A DNA stretch of 64,000 nt from Minisyncoccia bacterium. GTDB lineage: Bacteria; Patescibacteriota; Minisyncoccia; Phycocordibacterales; UBA9973. Positions 20,303-29,340 of the stretch are shown piece by piece (positions within the stretch are counted from its first letter, which is position 1; every line of letters begins with the position of its first letter). The notes below the pieces were generated by a model that was not told the origin of the DNA, ran no database searches, and saw only the letters and a program-made list of their open reading frames with translations. The stretch lies in NCBI GenBank assembly GCA_038244685.1, contig JBBRTD010000001.1:259569-323568 (forward strand), given 5' to 3'. Position numbers and translations under genes: made by a program.

Positions 20303-21601
20303 ATGCCTCAAAAAACAAAAATCATTTTTATATTAGTCTTTATAAGTGTCGGAGTTATTATGCTCGGTGTGTATTTGTATAATGTCAAAAATAAAATAAA
20401 TACCGATGGAAGTAAAACAAGTCTAGCTCAGAAATTTAATCCTTTTGGAACAAGCTCAAAAAATACAGACATAAAACCCACCACAACAACAGAAACAGAA
20501 AACAATACAACAAATACCGAAGTAAAAGCTGGAAATTTATCTAATTTTACCAAAATAACAGACTTTGCAGTTGCTGGTGCTTCGTTTTTTGAAGACACGA
20601 GACCCCTTCCTCCCAAAGAGGCAGTAGAAGAAGTAGCAATAGTAGGAATCAAAAAAGCGACAAAAACCCCCGCAAAAGCAGAACCTACTTCTGAAATAGT
20701 TCCATCAATCAGATATGTAGAGAAAGCGACCGGCCATGTTTATCAAATGTATTTAGACACAAGAATAATAGGCAAGATATCAAATTCAACAATTCCAGGT
20801 GTCTATGAGACTCTTTTTGATGGCAAAGCAAGCTCAATCATCTATCGATACCCATCATCAGATAATAAATCGATTACGAGCTTCCTAGCGTCTCTTGGAG
20901 GCAAGAGTAGTAACTTCTTGAGTAATGATATTTTAGATATTAGTCTTTCTCCAGATAAAAGTAGTTTCTTTTCAATTATTAAAAATACAAAAGGAGTTAC
21001 AGGAGTTACTAAATCTTTTGATGAAACAAAAACAAATCAAGTTTTCACTTCTTCTTTCTCTGAATGGTTATCTCAATGGGTAACAACTCAAAATGTATTT
21101 TTAACAACCAAACCATCTTATATGGCAGAGGGGAGTGTCTATAGCTTAAATATTAAAAATGGAATCATCTCTAAAATTTTTGGTGGAATACCAGGGCTTA
21201 CAACTCTATCAAATAATGATGGAACCACTATATTGTATGGGGCATCATTAAATACAGGACCAGAGCTAAACATTTTTAATATAAAAGATCATACTTCTGC
21301 TGACTTAGATACTTATGGGTTACCAGAAAAATGTGTTTGGAGTATAGACAATATAAATGTTTACTGTGCTGTTCCAAATACAATAATAGGAACACAATAT
21401 CCTGACTCTTGGTATCAAGGATTAGTATCTTTTGATGATAAATTTATAAAAATAAACACCGCGACCAAAGAAATTACAACCTTGGCTAATTCCTCAAGTG
21501 AAATCCCAGTTGATGGTATTAAATTATTCTTAAGTAAAGCTGAAAATAAACTATTCTTCTTAAATAAAAAGGATTACAGCTTGTGGAGTTTAGACCTTTA
21601 A
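20303..21601 (+). CDS. Membrane-anchored beta-propeller-like protein
   Basis: N-terminal TM segment, repeated beta strands and EKCVW..YCAVP..YPDSWYQGLVSFDD. Confidence 0.75.
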   Translation: MPQKTKIIFILVFISVGVIMLGVYLYNVKNKINTDGSKTSLAQKFNPFGTSSKNTDIKPTTTTETENNTTNTEVKAGNLSNFTKITDFAVAGASFFEDTRPLPPKEAVEEVAIVGIKKATKTPAKAEPTSEIVPSIRYVEKATGHVYQMYLDTRIIGKISNSTIPGVYETLFDGKASSIIYRYPSSDNKSITSFLASLGGKSSNFLSNDILDISLSPDKSSFFSIIKNTKGVTGVTKSFDETKTNQVFTSSFSEWLSQWVTTQNVFLTTKPSYMAEGSVYSLNIKNGIISKIFGGIPGLTTLSNNDGTTILYGASLNTGPELNIFNIKDHTSADLDTYGLPEKCVWSIDNINVYCAVPNTIIGTQYPDSWYQGLVSFDDKFIKINTATKEITTLANSSSEIPVDGIKLFLSKAENKLFFLNKKDYSLWSLDL

Positions 21602-21609
21602 TAACTTGT

Positions 21610-21643
21610 AAAAAATGCACAACCGTTTGGTTGTGCATTTTTT
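21610..21643. terminator. Bidirectional intrinsic terminator
   Basis: A6-tgcacaacc-gttt-ggttgtgca-T6 between convergent genes. Confidence 0.85.
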
Positions 21644-21656
21644 TAATTTGTGAATA

Positions 21657-22124
21657 TTAACTATTTATATCTCCGGTATATTTTATAATAACTCTTCTGG
21701 CTGGTCCGTATCCTTCTGATTCAGTCTTAATGTCTGGAATATTTTCTAAAAACATGTGAATAATACGTCTTTCATTGGCTGGCATAGGGTCAATTTCTAT
21801 ATTACTTTTAAAATACTTAGCACGTTCAGCCATCATATGTGCAATATTTTTTAAATTATCAAATCTTTTCTTTTGATAACCGTTTACATCTACAAAAATG
21901 TTAGAAATTTCTTCTTGACCCGATGTTTTTTCGGCAATCTTTCGGACTAAATGGTTTAAAGATCTAAGTGTTTCTCCTTCGCGCCCAATCATGAATCTAG
22001 AATCTGGGGTCTCAATCATGCACCAAAGCATTCCACTTTCAAGTGATATTTCAAGTTTTGAAATAGTACAAGCGGTGTGTGTAAAAATATTTTCAATTAT
22101 TGATTTAAGGATTTCTTGGTCCAT
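21657..22124 (-). CDS. jag: Jag/KhpB (KH-R3H) RNA-binding protein
   Basis: KH motif IGREGETLRSL and R3H motif PMPANERRIIH. Located next to yidC. Confidence 0.9.
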   Translation of the reverse strand: MDQEILKSIIENIFTHTACTISKLEISLESGMLWCMIETPDSRFMIGREGETLRSLNHLVRKIAEKTSGQEEISNIFVDVNGYQKKRFDNLKNIAHMMAERAKYFKSNIEIDPMPANERRIIHMFLENIPDIKTESEGYGPARRVIIKYTGDINS

Positions 22125-22130
22125 ATAAAT

Positions 22131-22883
22131 TTATTTATTTTCTAATGTTCTACGGATATACCACTCCTGAACAATAGTAAATATATTACTTGTAACAAAA
22201 TATAGGGCAACCGCGGCGGATATTTGCCAGGATATAAAGGTAATAAAAATTGGCAAAATGTATTTAATATTCATTTGCATACTACTTGAAATTTCATCTT
22301 GAAAAGATTTTGGTTCATTACTTGGAATTTCTTTCACTACTTCTACCTTAGGCTTAACAGGGGAAGCTAAGTAGCCTTGAATAAATTGTGTAATACCAGC
22401 CAGTAGGGCCAGAATAACGCTCTTGCTGCCTATTTCTATAAAGCCCAAGAAATTAGTATGAAGAACTGTCGGCTTAGCTAAGAATGAATAAATAAGGGTT
22501 GGGTCTAATTTTAATCCTTTTAAAAAGACATAGTATAAAGCAATAATTATCGGAAGCTGAATTATAACAACAAGACAACCAGAAAAAGGGTTTGTGCCGT
22601 ATTTTTTATATAATTCAAAGGTTTTTTTGGCTTGTTCTTCCTTGTTAGGAAAATTCTTCTTAATGAGCTTAATTTCTGGCTCCATCTTCTTCATAAGAAT
22701 CTGACTTTTAATAGACTTCTTAGTAAGAGGGTAGAGGATAAATTTAACAACAATGGTTACTACTATAATTGCAAAACCAACATCACCAAAAGTAATATTG
22801 TTAATAGCAAAAATAAGGATATTATAAATTGGCTGATAAAAAATGGTATTCCATAGTGATGACATTGCTCCATTGTATATCAA
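22131..22883 (-). CDS. yidC: Membrane protein insertase YidC
   Basis: YKKYGTNPFSGCL..IQLPI and ALYFVTSNIFTIVQ. The start may be the ATG at 22865. Confidence 0.93.
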   Translation of the reverse strand: MIYNGAMSSLWNTIFYQPIYNILIFAINNITFGDVGFAIIVVTIVVKFILYPLTKKSIKSQILMKKMEPEIKLIKKNFPNKEEQAKKTFELYKKYGTNPFSGCLVVIIQLPIIIALYYVFLKGLKLDPTLIYSFLAKPTVLHTNFLGFIEIGSKSVILALLAGITQFIQGYLASPVKPKVEVVKEIPSNEPKSFQDEISSSMQMNIKYILPIFITFISWQISAAVALYFVTSNIFTIVQEWYIRRTLENK

Positions 22884-22906
22884 AAAAGTATAAAATCCAA
22901 GAAATA

Positions 22907-23113
22907 TTATTTAAGAGGGTCAAAGTGTTCTTTCTGCCAAGGATGACATCTAATTATTCTTTTTAAACCCATAAAAATACCAATAAATGAACCATATTTC
23001 TGTATGGCTTGCTTGGTATATTCTGAACAAGTTGGCAAAAAAACACAAGAATTATGACTTCTGGAAGGTATTTTTTGATATATATCAATAAGTTTAATTA
23101 AAAACCTTTTCAT
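22907..23113 (-). CDS. yidD: Membrane protein insertion efficiency factor
   Basis: CVFLPTCSEY and RIIRCHPW. Confidence 0.93.
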   Translation of the reverse strand: MKRFLIKLIDIYQKIPSRSHNSCVFLPTCSEYTKQAIQKYGSFIGIFMGLKRIIRCHPWQKEHFDPLK

Positions 23114-23434
23114 TTATATGATTTTAGCTTTTTTTAATAGAAAATCTAAATCTTTTTTTAAATCAGAAAGAGGAACACTTATTGCTTCTTTCTTGTAGAA
23201 GAAAATACCAACATTTATCTTTGGATCATACGAGCGGAGCAAATTATAACCCTTTCTACGAAGGGAATTACGCAAAACAGCTGTTTTGGCTATCTTTTTT
23301 GGGGCAACAAATGAATACTGAGGGTGGTCTTGTTTTTGATAACGCAACACAAAAAACGAGCCAGAAACGATATTTCCTTTGGCCATAAGGTCTTGGAACA
23401 TCTCTTTGGTGACTCGCTTGTTTTTTGAAAGCAT
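23114..23434 (-). CDS. rnpA: RNase P protein subunit
   Basis: KKIAKTAVLRNSLRR (RNR motif) and synteny. Confidence 0.9.
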   Translation of the reverse strand: MLSKNKRVTKEMFQDLMAKGNIVSGSFFVLRYQKQDHPQYSFVAPKKIAKTAVLRNSLRRKGYNLLRSYDPKINVGIFFYKKEAISVPLSDLKKDLDFLLKKAKII

Positions 23435-23436
23435 AA

Positions 23437-23577
23437 TTATTTCGCAATTGATACCTTTGCACGTCCTTTTTGACGACGGGCCTGAGTAACCTTTTTACCA
23501 CCTGGGGTTTTTGCGCGAACTAAGAATCCATGAGTTTTAGCTCTTTTTCTCTTATTTGGTTGATATGTTAGAGACAT
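23437..23577 (-). CDS. rpmH: 50S ribosomal protein bL34 (missing from the ORF track)
   Basis: Manual translation [46 protein letters not shown]. Confidence 0.95.
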   Translation of the reverse strand: MSLTYQPNKRKRAKTHGFLVRAKTPGGKKVTQARRQKGRAKVSIAK

Positions 23578-23763
23578 ACAGAAAATATATACTAAAATGA
23601 CCAATAAAGCAATATGTTAGGACAATAAGCTTCCCCCGTATAGGAGTTTAAATATATAGACTAACTCATAAATTTATAGCCAAAAACATATACACATGTT
23701 ATTAACAGCTTAATTAAGGTATTAAATTATTGTGTTTTTAAAAACACAGGTATAATGGGACTT

Positions 23764-25113
23764 ATGAACACACAAGAACTCTGGGAAAAATGTCTTTCGG
23801 AAGTAGAATTAAGTATATCAAAGGCTAATTTCACAACTTGGTTTAAAAATACATCTATTGTTAAAGAAGAAAGCGGTACTTTATACATTGGAGTTCCAAA
23901 TGAATTTGTAAAAGACTGGCTATATAATAAATTTCATAAATTAATACTAAAAACTCTTATCGGGCACGAAGAGGGTGTTCGTAGTATTGAATACATCATA
24001 CACAAGAATGAAATTGTAAATAAAAGTATTGAAATCTCAAATACAAAACAAATAAGCGCGAATAAAGAATTACCACTAAGTGATCTTTATTTAAACAAAG
24101 AAGACAACCTAAACCCTAAATATAACTTTAATTCTTTTATTGTTGGACCTTTTAATGAATTAGCCTATGCTGTTGCCCAGGCTATTATCACAAACCCCGG
24201 CCAAAATTATAATCCTTTCTTTATTTACGGAGGAACAGGTCTTGGAAAAACACACATGATCCAGGCAATAGGGAATACCATAAAAATAAAACATCCAAAT
24301 AAGAAAATTTATTATGTTTCATTGGAGCGCTTTGCTATTGATTATATAAATTCTATTCAAAATAAAAATCCAAACTCATTTAAAGAAAAATATCGCAAAT
24401 ATGATGTTATTATAATGGACGATATTCAATTTATCTCCGGTAAAGACAAAACACAAGAAGAACTCTTCCATCTCTTCAATACGCTTTATGAAAGCAACAA
24501 ACAAATTATTTTTTCTTCAGATAAACACCCTAACTTTATACAAGGATTAGAAGAAAGATTGCAGTCCCGATTTGCCTCCGGAATGACAGTTCAAATTGTT
24601 GAACCAGATTATGAATCAAGAGTTGCCATTATTAAGGCCAAATTTGAATCAACAAATTCAATAATTGATAATGAAATCGTTTCTTATTTAGCCGAAATAT
24701 TAGAAGGTAATATTCGTGAATTAGAAGGAAGCTTAAATACAATAATTTGTCAGTCCCAACTTAAAAATAAAACGTTATCATTAAATGAAATAAAAATTCT
24801 AATAAAGAACAATATTAAACCTAAAAAAACCGTTGCAATTAAAGATATTGTCTGTATTATTGCAAATCATTATGGTATTTCAGAAGAGGTTATTTATGAA
24901 AAGACACGCCGTAAGGAAATAGTAAAAGCGAGACAAGTGGCAATGTATATACTACGTGAAGATTTTAATATATCTTATCCGTTAATAGGAAGTAAGTTGG
25001 GGGGAAGAGATCACACAACAGCAATACACTCTCATTTAAAAATTAAAGAAGATTTAAAAACAGACCCAGCATTATTACAAGAAATAGAAAAAATAAGAAT
25101 CATGTTTAAATAG
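23764..25113 (+). CDS. dnaA: Chromosomal replication initiator DnaA
   Basis: YNPFFIYGGTGLGKTH, DDIQF, RLQSRF, NIRELEG and GRDHTT. The ATG at 23764 lies a few nt after TATAAT. Confidence 0.97.
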   Translation: MNTQELWEKCLSEVELSISKANFTTWFKNTSIVKEESGTLYIGVPNEFVKDWLYNKFHKLILKTLIGHEEGVRSIEYIIHKNEIVNKSIEISNTKQISANKELPLSDLYLNKEDNLNPKYNFNSFIVGPFNELAYAVAQAIITNPGQNYNPFFIYGGTGLGKTHMIQAIGNTIKIKHPNKKIYYVSLERFAIDYINSIQNKNPNSFKEKYRKYDVIIMDDIQFISGKDKTQEELFHLFNTLYESNKQIIFSSDKHPNFIQGLEERLQSRFASGMTVQIVEPDYESRVAIIKAKFESTNSIIDNEIVSYLAEILEGNIRELEGSLNTIICQSQLKNKTLSLNEIKILIKNNIKPKKTVAIKDIVCIIANHYGISEEVIYEKTRRKEIVKARQVAMYILREDFNISYPLIGSKLGGRDHTTAIHSHLKIKEDLKTDPALLQEIEKIRIMFK

Positions 25114-25330
25114 TTTAATAAGTATGTGTATAAAGTGTGTTTGAAAAAATAAAAAATGTGGAAAACTATAGTTAAAAGAAATAAGTGTTTATTTATTCGA
25201 AAATTATTAAATTTTAAAAAAATAAAAAATGAGAATAACACAATTAAGATAAGGGTTTAAAAGTTATACACATATTCACACCCATAGTAATAGTAATAAA
25301 TTATATTAATAGATTAATTATAAAAACACC
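25114..25330. other. Replication origin oriC
   Basis: DnaA boxes TGTGTATAA 25125-33, TGTGGAAAA 25157-65, TTATACACA 25264-72 and ATATTCACA 25272-80. These are followed by CCC, trio-like ATA-GTA-ATA-GTA-ATA and an AT-rich tract, between dnaA and dnaN. Confidence 0.85.
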
Positions 25331-26428
25331 ATGAAGTTAGAATGCTCAATAGAAAAAATTAAAAATGCACTTATGACAGTAGACAGAATAACTGGTAAAA
25401 ATTTAACACTGCCGGTTTTAGGTTCTGTTCTTTGGGTAGCAACAGGAAAAACCTTAAAACTCCGTGCAACTAATTTGAATATTGGAATTGAAATAGAAGT
25501 TCCAGCTAAAATTGAAAAAGAGGGTGTTGTTGCTATAAGGAGTGATATTTTATCGTCTTTGTTTTCTGTCTTGTCTGGAGATTCAATTGTTTCTTTTGAA
25601 TTAATTAATGATAATCTTTCTGTTAAAACAAAATCAAATACTATTATTTTAAAAAGTATTCCAAGTGAAGATTTTCCAACTATTCCAATTGTAGAAGGTG
25701 AAGAATTAATGATTCCAGCAAAAAAATTTCTAGAAGGCATAAAGTCTGTTTATTACAGTGCTTCAATTTCTGAAATTAAACCAGAAATAGGAAGTGTTTA
25801 TATTTATCCAGAAGATGACCTTCTTATTTTTGTTGCTACTGATTCTTTTAGATTGGCAGAGAAAAAAGTTAAGATTAAACAAAAGTTATCTTTTGGAGGA
25901 ATTTTAATTCCATTCAAAAACACAGCAGAAATTATTAAAGTTTTAGATGGCATTGAGGGTGATGTAAAAATAAATCTCCAGAAAAACCAAATATCATTTT
26001 CTACGTCAAATATTTATTTAACATCAAGAATTATAGACGGTTCTTTCCCCGACTATAAACAAATAATACCAAAAACATATACAACCGAAATTACTCTTTT
26101 AAAGCAAGATTTTATTTCATCACTAAAAGTTTCAAACGTTTTTTCTGATAAGTTGAATCAAGTTACTTTTAATATTAAGCCGGGCGAAAGAGTTTTTGAA
26201 ATAGAAGCTAAAAATACCGATGTGGGTGAAAATATTACGCTCATAACAGCGGCTATGACAGGCGAAAGTATTGCTTTAAATTTTAATTATAAATATATTA
26301 TAGATTGTTTTATGTCCATAACTGCCGACTCTCTTGTCCTTCAGTTTAATGGAAGCAATAGACCGATGATAATAAAACCAATAGGGGACTCATCTTTCAT
26401 GTATTTAGTTATGCCTATGAATAGATAA
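25331..26428 (+). CDS. dnaN: DNA polymerase III beta clamp
   Basis: ATDSFRLA, IDGSFPDY and C-terminal YLVMPM. Confidence 0.96.
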   Translation: MKLECSIEKIKNALMTVDRITGKNLTLPVLGSVLWVATGKTLKLRATNLNIGIEIEVPAKIEKEGVVAIRSDILSSLFSVLSGDSIVSFELINDNLSVKTKSNTIILKSIPSEDFPTIPIVEGEELMIPAKKFLEGIKSVYYSASISEIKPEIGSVYIYPEDDLLIFVATDSFRLAEKKVKIKQKLSFGGILIPFKNTAEIIKVLDGIEGDVKINLQKNQISFSTSNIYLTSRIIDGSFPDYKQIIPKTYTTEITLLKQDFISSLKVSNVFSDKLNQVTFNIKPGERVFEIEAKNTDVGENITLITAAMTGESIALNFNYKYIIDCFMSITADSLVLQFNGSNRPMIIKPIGDSSFMYLVMPMNR

Positions 26429-26429
26429 T

Positions 26430-26693
26430 ATGGATTACAACCAGATTAAGGATTATTTAGATAAGTTTAAATTTCTTCTTTTTTCTAAAGAAGAAATATA
26501 TCAAATAGTTTCTAGTGTTATCGAAGATAATATTTCTATAAAAATTGATATAAAATTTATTCAAATAAAACCTCCTTTTATCTACATAAAAGCCTCACCC
26601 ATTGTTCGTGGTGAAATTTTAATGAAAAAAGATAAAATATTAAAAGATATATTTTTACTGTCTCCTAATTGTAATTTAAAAGATATAAAATAG
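26430..26693 (+). CDS. Small protein, possibly DciA/DUF721-like
   Basis: Directly follows dnaN. IYIKASPIVRGEILMKKDKIL pattern. Confidence 0.5.
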   Translation: MDYNQIKDYLDKFKFLLFSKEEIYQIVSSVIEDNISIKIDIKFIQIKPPFIYIKASPIVRGEILMKKDKILKDIFLLSPNCNLKDIK

Positions 26694-29273
26694 TTAGTTC
26701 GATATAGATATATTTAATGTTGCTTCTCCTATTTTACCTGCTGTATCATAACCTAAGATGTGAATAGTGTTTTCGTTTGTTATTCCCGATATTTCTTTTG
26801 GAATAAACGAAACATTAAATGGTGCTGTTTTAAGTGTCTTTAAATAAACATCATTAATATAAATATCTATTTTTTTTATTTGATTTTGACCGAGAGAGTT
26901 AATTACAAAATTAATTCTTTCGGTATTTTTATATACATTGTTTCCAATACCTGAAATTGTAAATTCTGGATTTGATAATACATTTTGATTATTAATTACT
27001 GTTCCACCCTGAGCTATTATATTGGTGTATTTTGAATAATTACTGTTCCACCATTTTTGAACACCATATTCCCAGTTTTTATATTGTGAGTCGTTGGTTT
27101 GTTTGGCTGGTGTCATATTAAGTGGATTACTTTTATCTATCCAGTATAAAATAGTATGAACATTTGTTATTGATACTTCTTTTGTGCTCGTTTCTGTTGG
27201 TAGTCCTGTCATTGGATCGTATGAAGAATTATTTGTTTTTATTGTTTCTCCTCCTTGCCAAAAACCACGCAGAATAGGAGGCAACGAAGAATCAATTGGT
27301 TCTGGCGCCTCAAAGAATTCATTTGGTTTATCTTTTAGTGCTTCGGTCATCACTGCGTTCCAGATGGGGCCAGCAAGGGCTGCACCACCTTTTTTCATTG
27401 GGGTGTTGTCATTGTTACCAACCCAGACTCCAACCGCAACAGAGGGCGTATATCCAATAGTCCAAGCATCCTTATTGTTGTTTGTTGTTCCTGTTTTCAC
27501 CGCTACATTATGTCCTGGAATATTAAGTACGGAATTTGCTCCAAAGGTGGGAGTTCTTGCTTTATCATCAGATAGAATATCAGATAAAATATTTGTAGTA
27601 TTAGGATTTAAAACAGGATAAGATTTATCTTCATACTTTTCAAGGACATCTTTATTGGCATTTTCAACAGAAATGATACCTTGATATGGATGACGAATAC
27701 CACTTGCTGCAAAGACTCCATAAGCTGAAGTCATTTCAAGAAGAGTTGTTTCACCACCTCCGATAACAAGAGACAAACCATATCTTGTTGGGTCTGTTAA
27801 TGTTGTTATTCCTAAATCGCTTGCCATTTTAATTGAATCTTTAATTCCAACTAAATACAAAAGTTTAACAGCCACTATGTTAATGGATTGAGCTAAGGCT
27901 TCTTTCAATGTCATCGGACCTCTATATTTACCATCATAATCGTCAGGTGTATAGCATGTGGCTCCCTTACTTCCTGGTAATGGATAGCCGTTAGGATCAC
28001 ACGATGCATTAAATTCTGTTTTTACATCGAAGAGTGTTGTATCGGCTGTGTATCCTTTTTCAAAGGCACTAGCATAAACTATTGGTTTGAAAGAAGAACC
28101 AGGCTGTCTTTGTGCTGTTGTGACGTTAAAATTTCCATCAACAGTTTTATCAAAATAATTTCTAGAACCAACCATCGCTAAAATTTGACCAGTCTTAGGA
28201 TCAATAACAACGATTCCTGTGTTTTTGCCATTCCAAGATTTTTCATTTTCCTTTCCTTTTTCTAGGGCAACAGCTTCGGCTTTCTTTTGTAAATTATAAT
28301 CAAGGGTTGTTACAATGTTTAGACCACCATCTTCCAGGGCGTTTATTCCATAGCGTTTTTCCAAATAATCTTTAATAAAAAAGACAAAGTGTGGGGCAGA
28401 AATGTTCATTGGCCTCTCTGGCATAAAAACAACAACTTCTGCTTTTGCTATGTTGTATGTATTTTCATCTATGAATTTCAAATCTAGCATTCTTTTTAAT
28501 ACTAAATTTTTTCTCTCATCTAATTTGTCTTTATTTTTTCTATAAGGAGAGTAATATGTCGGCCCATTTGGAATTGCTGCCAAGTAAGCAGATTCAGCCA
28601 AGGTTAAATTCATGGGTTCTTTATTAAAAAATGCTTTTGATGCTTCTTCTATACCATAAATATTTCCACCGTAAGGTGCTTCATTTAAATACAAAGCAAG
28701 AATATTATCTTTGCTCATAATTTTTTCAAGCTTTATGGCCAAAATCCATTCTTTGATTTTTCGAGCTATCGATCGATCGGAAGTTAGAAGAGTATTTTTT
28801 ATAAGCTGCTGAGTTATGGTTGATCCACCTTGTACTTTTTTCCCGGTTAATTTTGCCCAAACGGTTGCTCTAATTATCGAAGTGATACGAATACCTTTAT
28901 GCTGATAAAATTCACCATCTTCAATTGCAACTGTGGCATTTTTAATACCCGTTCCCATTTCTTCATAGGGGATAATTGTTCTTTTTATATTTTGATGTAT
29001 ATCATAAAGTAAAACTTCACCAGTTCTGTCATATATTTTTGTTGAACTTTCTATTTTTCTTTCCGTGAAAAGTTTAAAGTCCGGTAACTTTAAGGTACTA
29101 ACCCAAACAAGGGCAATTCCTGTAAATATAATTCCAATACCAATAAATAAAAACAATATATTTTTGAACGATTTAAATGTCATAATTGATTTATAAAATT
29201 TAGATGATTTAAAAGACTTAATTAATGCATAAAACTCTGATGATTTGAACGATTTTAATGAATATTTTCTCAT
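26694..29273 (-). CDS. Class A penicillin-binding protein (PBP1A-type) with C-terminal Ig-like domain
   Basis: AIEDGEFYQH, GGSTITQQLIKN, RKIKE, SxxK (GSSFKP), SxN (SIN) and KTGT. Confidence 0.93.
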   Translation of the reverse strand: MRKYSLKSFKSSEFYALIKSFKSSKFYKSIMTFKSFKNILFLFIGIGIIFTGIALVWVSTLKLPDFKLFTERKIESSTKIYDRTGEVLLYDIHQNIKRTIIPYEEMGTGIKNATVAIEDGEFYQHKGIRITSIIRATVWAKLTGKKVQGGSTITQQLIKNTLLTSDRSIARKIKEWILAIKLEKIMSKDNILALYLNEAPYGGNIYGIEEASKAFFNKEPMNLTLAESAYLAAIPNGPTYYSPYRKNKDKLDERKNLVLKRMLDLKFIDENTYNIAKAEVVVFMPERPMNISAPHFVFFIKDYLEKRYGINALEDGGLNIVTTLDYNLQKKAEAVALEKGKENEKSWNGKNTGIVVIDPKTGQILAMVGSRNYFDKTVDGNFNVTTAQRQPGSSFKPIVYASAFEKGYTADTTLFDVKTEFNASCDPNGYPLPGSKGATCYTPDDYDGKYRGPMTLKEALAQSINIVAVKLLYLVGIKDSIKMASDLGITTLTDPTRYGLSLVIGGGETTLLEMTSAYGVFAASGIRHPYQGIISVENANKDVLEKYEDKSYPVLNPNTTNILSDILSDDKARTPTFGANSVLNIPGHNVAVKTGTTNNNKDAWTIGYTPSVAVGVWVGNNDNTPMKKGGAALAGPIWNAVMTEALKDKPNEFFEAPEPIDSSLPPILRGFWQGGETIKTNNSSYDPMTGLPTETSTKEVSITNVHTILYWIDKSNPLNMTPAKQTNDSQYKNWEYGVQKWWNSNYSKYTNIIAQGGTVINNQNVLSNPEFTISGIGNNVYKNTERINFVINSLGQNQIKKIDIYINDVYLKTLKTAPFNVSFIPKEISGITNENTIHILGYDTAGKIGEATLNISISN

Positions 29274-29340
29274 ATATTAATATCATAACACAATAATGCC
29301 ACCTGCGGACAAGGGCTTCTTTTTATGATAAAATACTAGA

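Noticed and set aside
4753-21601. Integrative conjugative element
   Set aside because: No integrase, relaxase, coupling protein or boundary repeats are visible, and the cluster is contiguous with core genes.
23182-23501. ORFs 23182-23388 (+) and 23268-23501 (-)
   Set aside because: They are alternative frames over rnpA and rpmH.
29274-29340. T-box riboswitch upstream of tyrS
   Set aside because: The gap is only ~66 nt, has no T-box motif, and a -10 element abuts the start codon.
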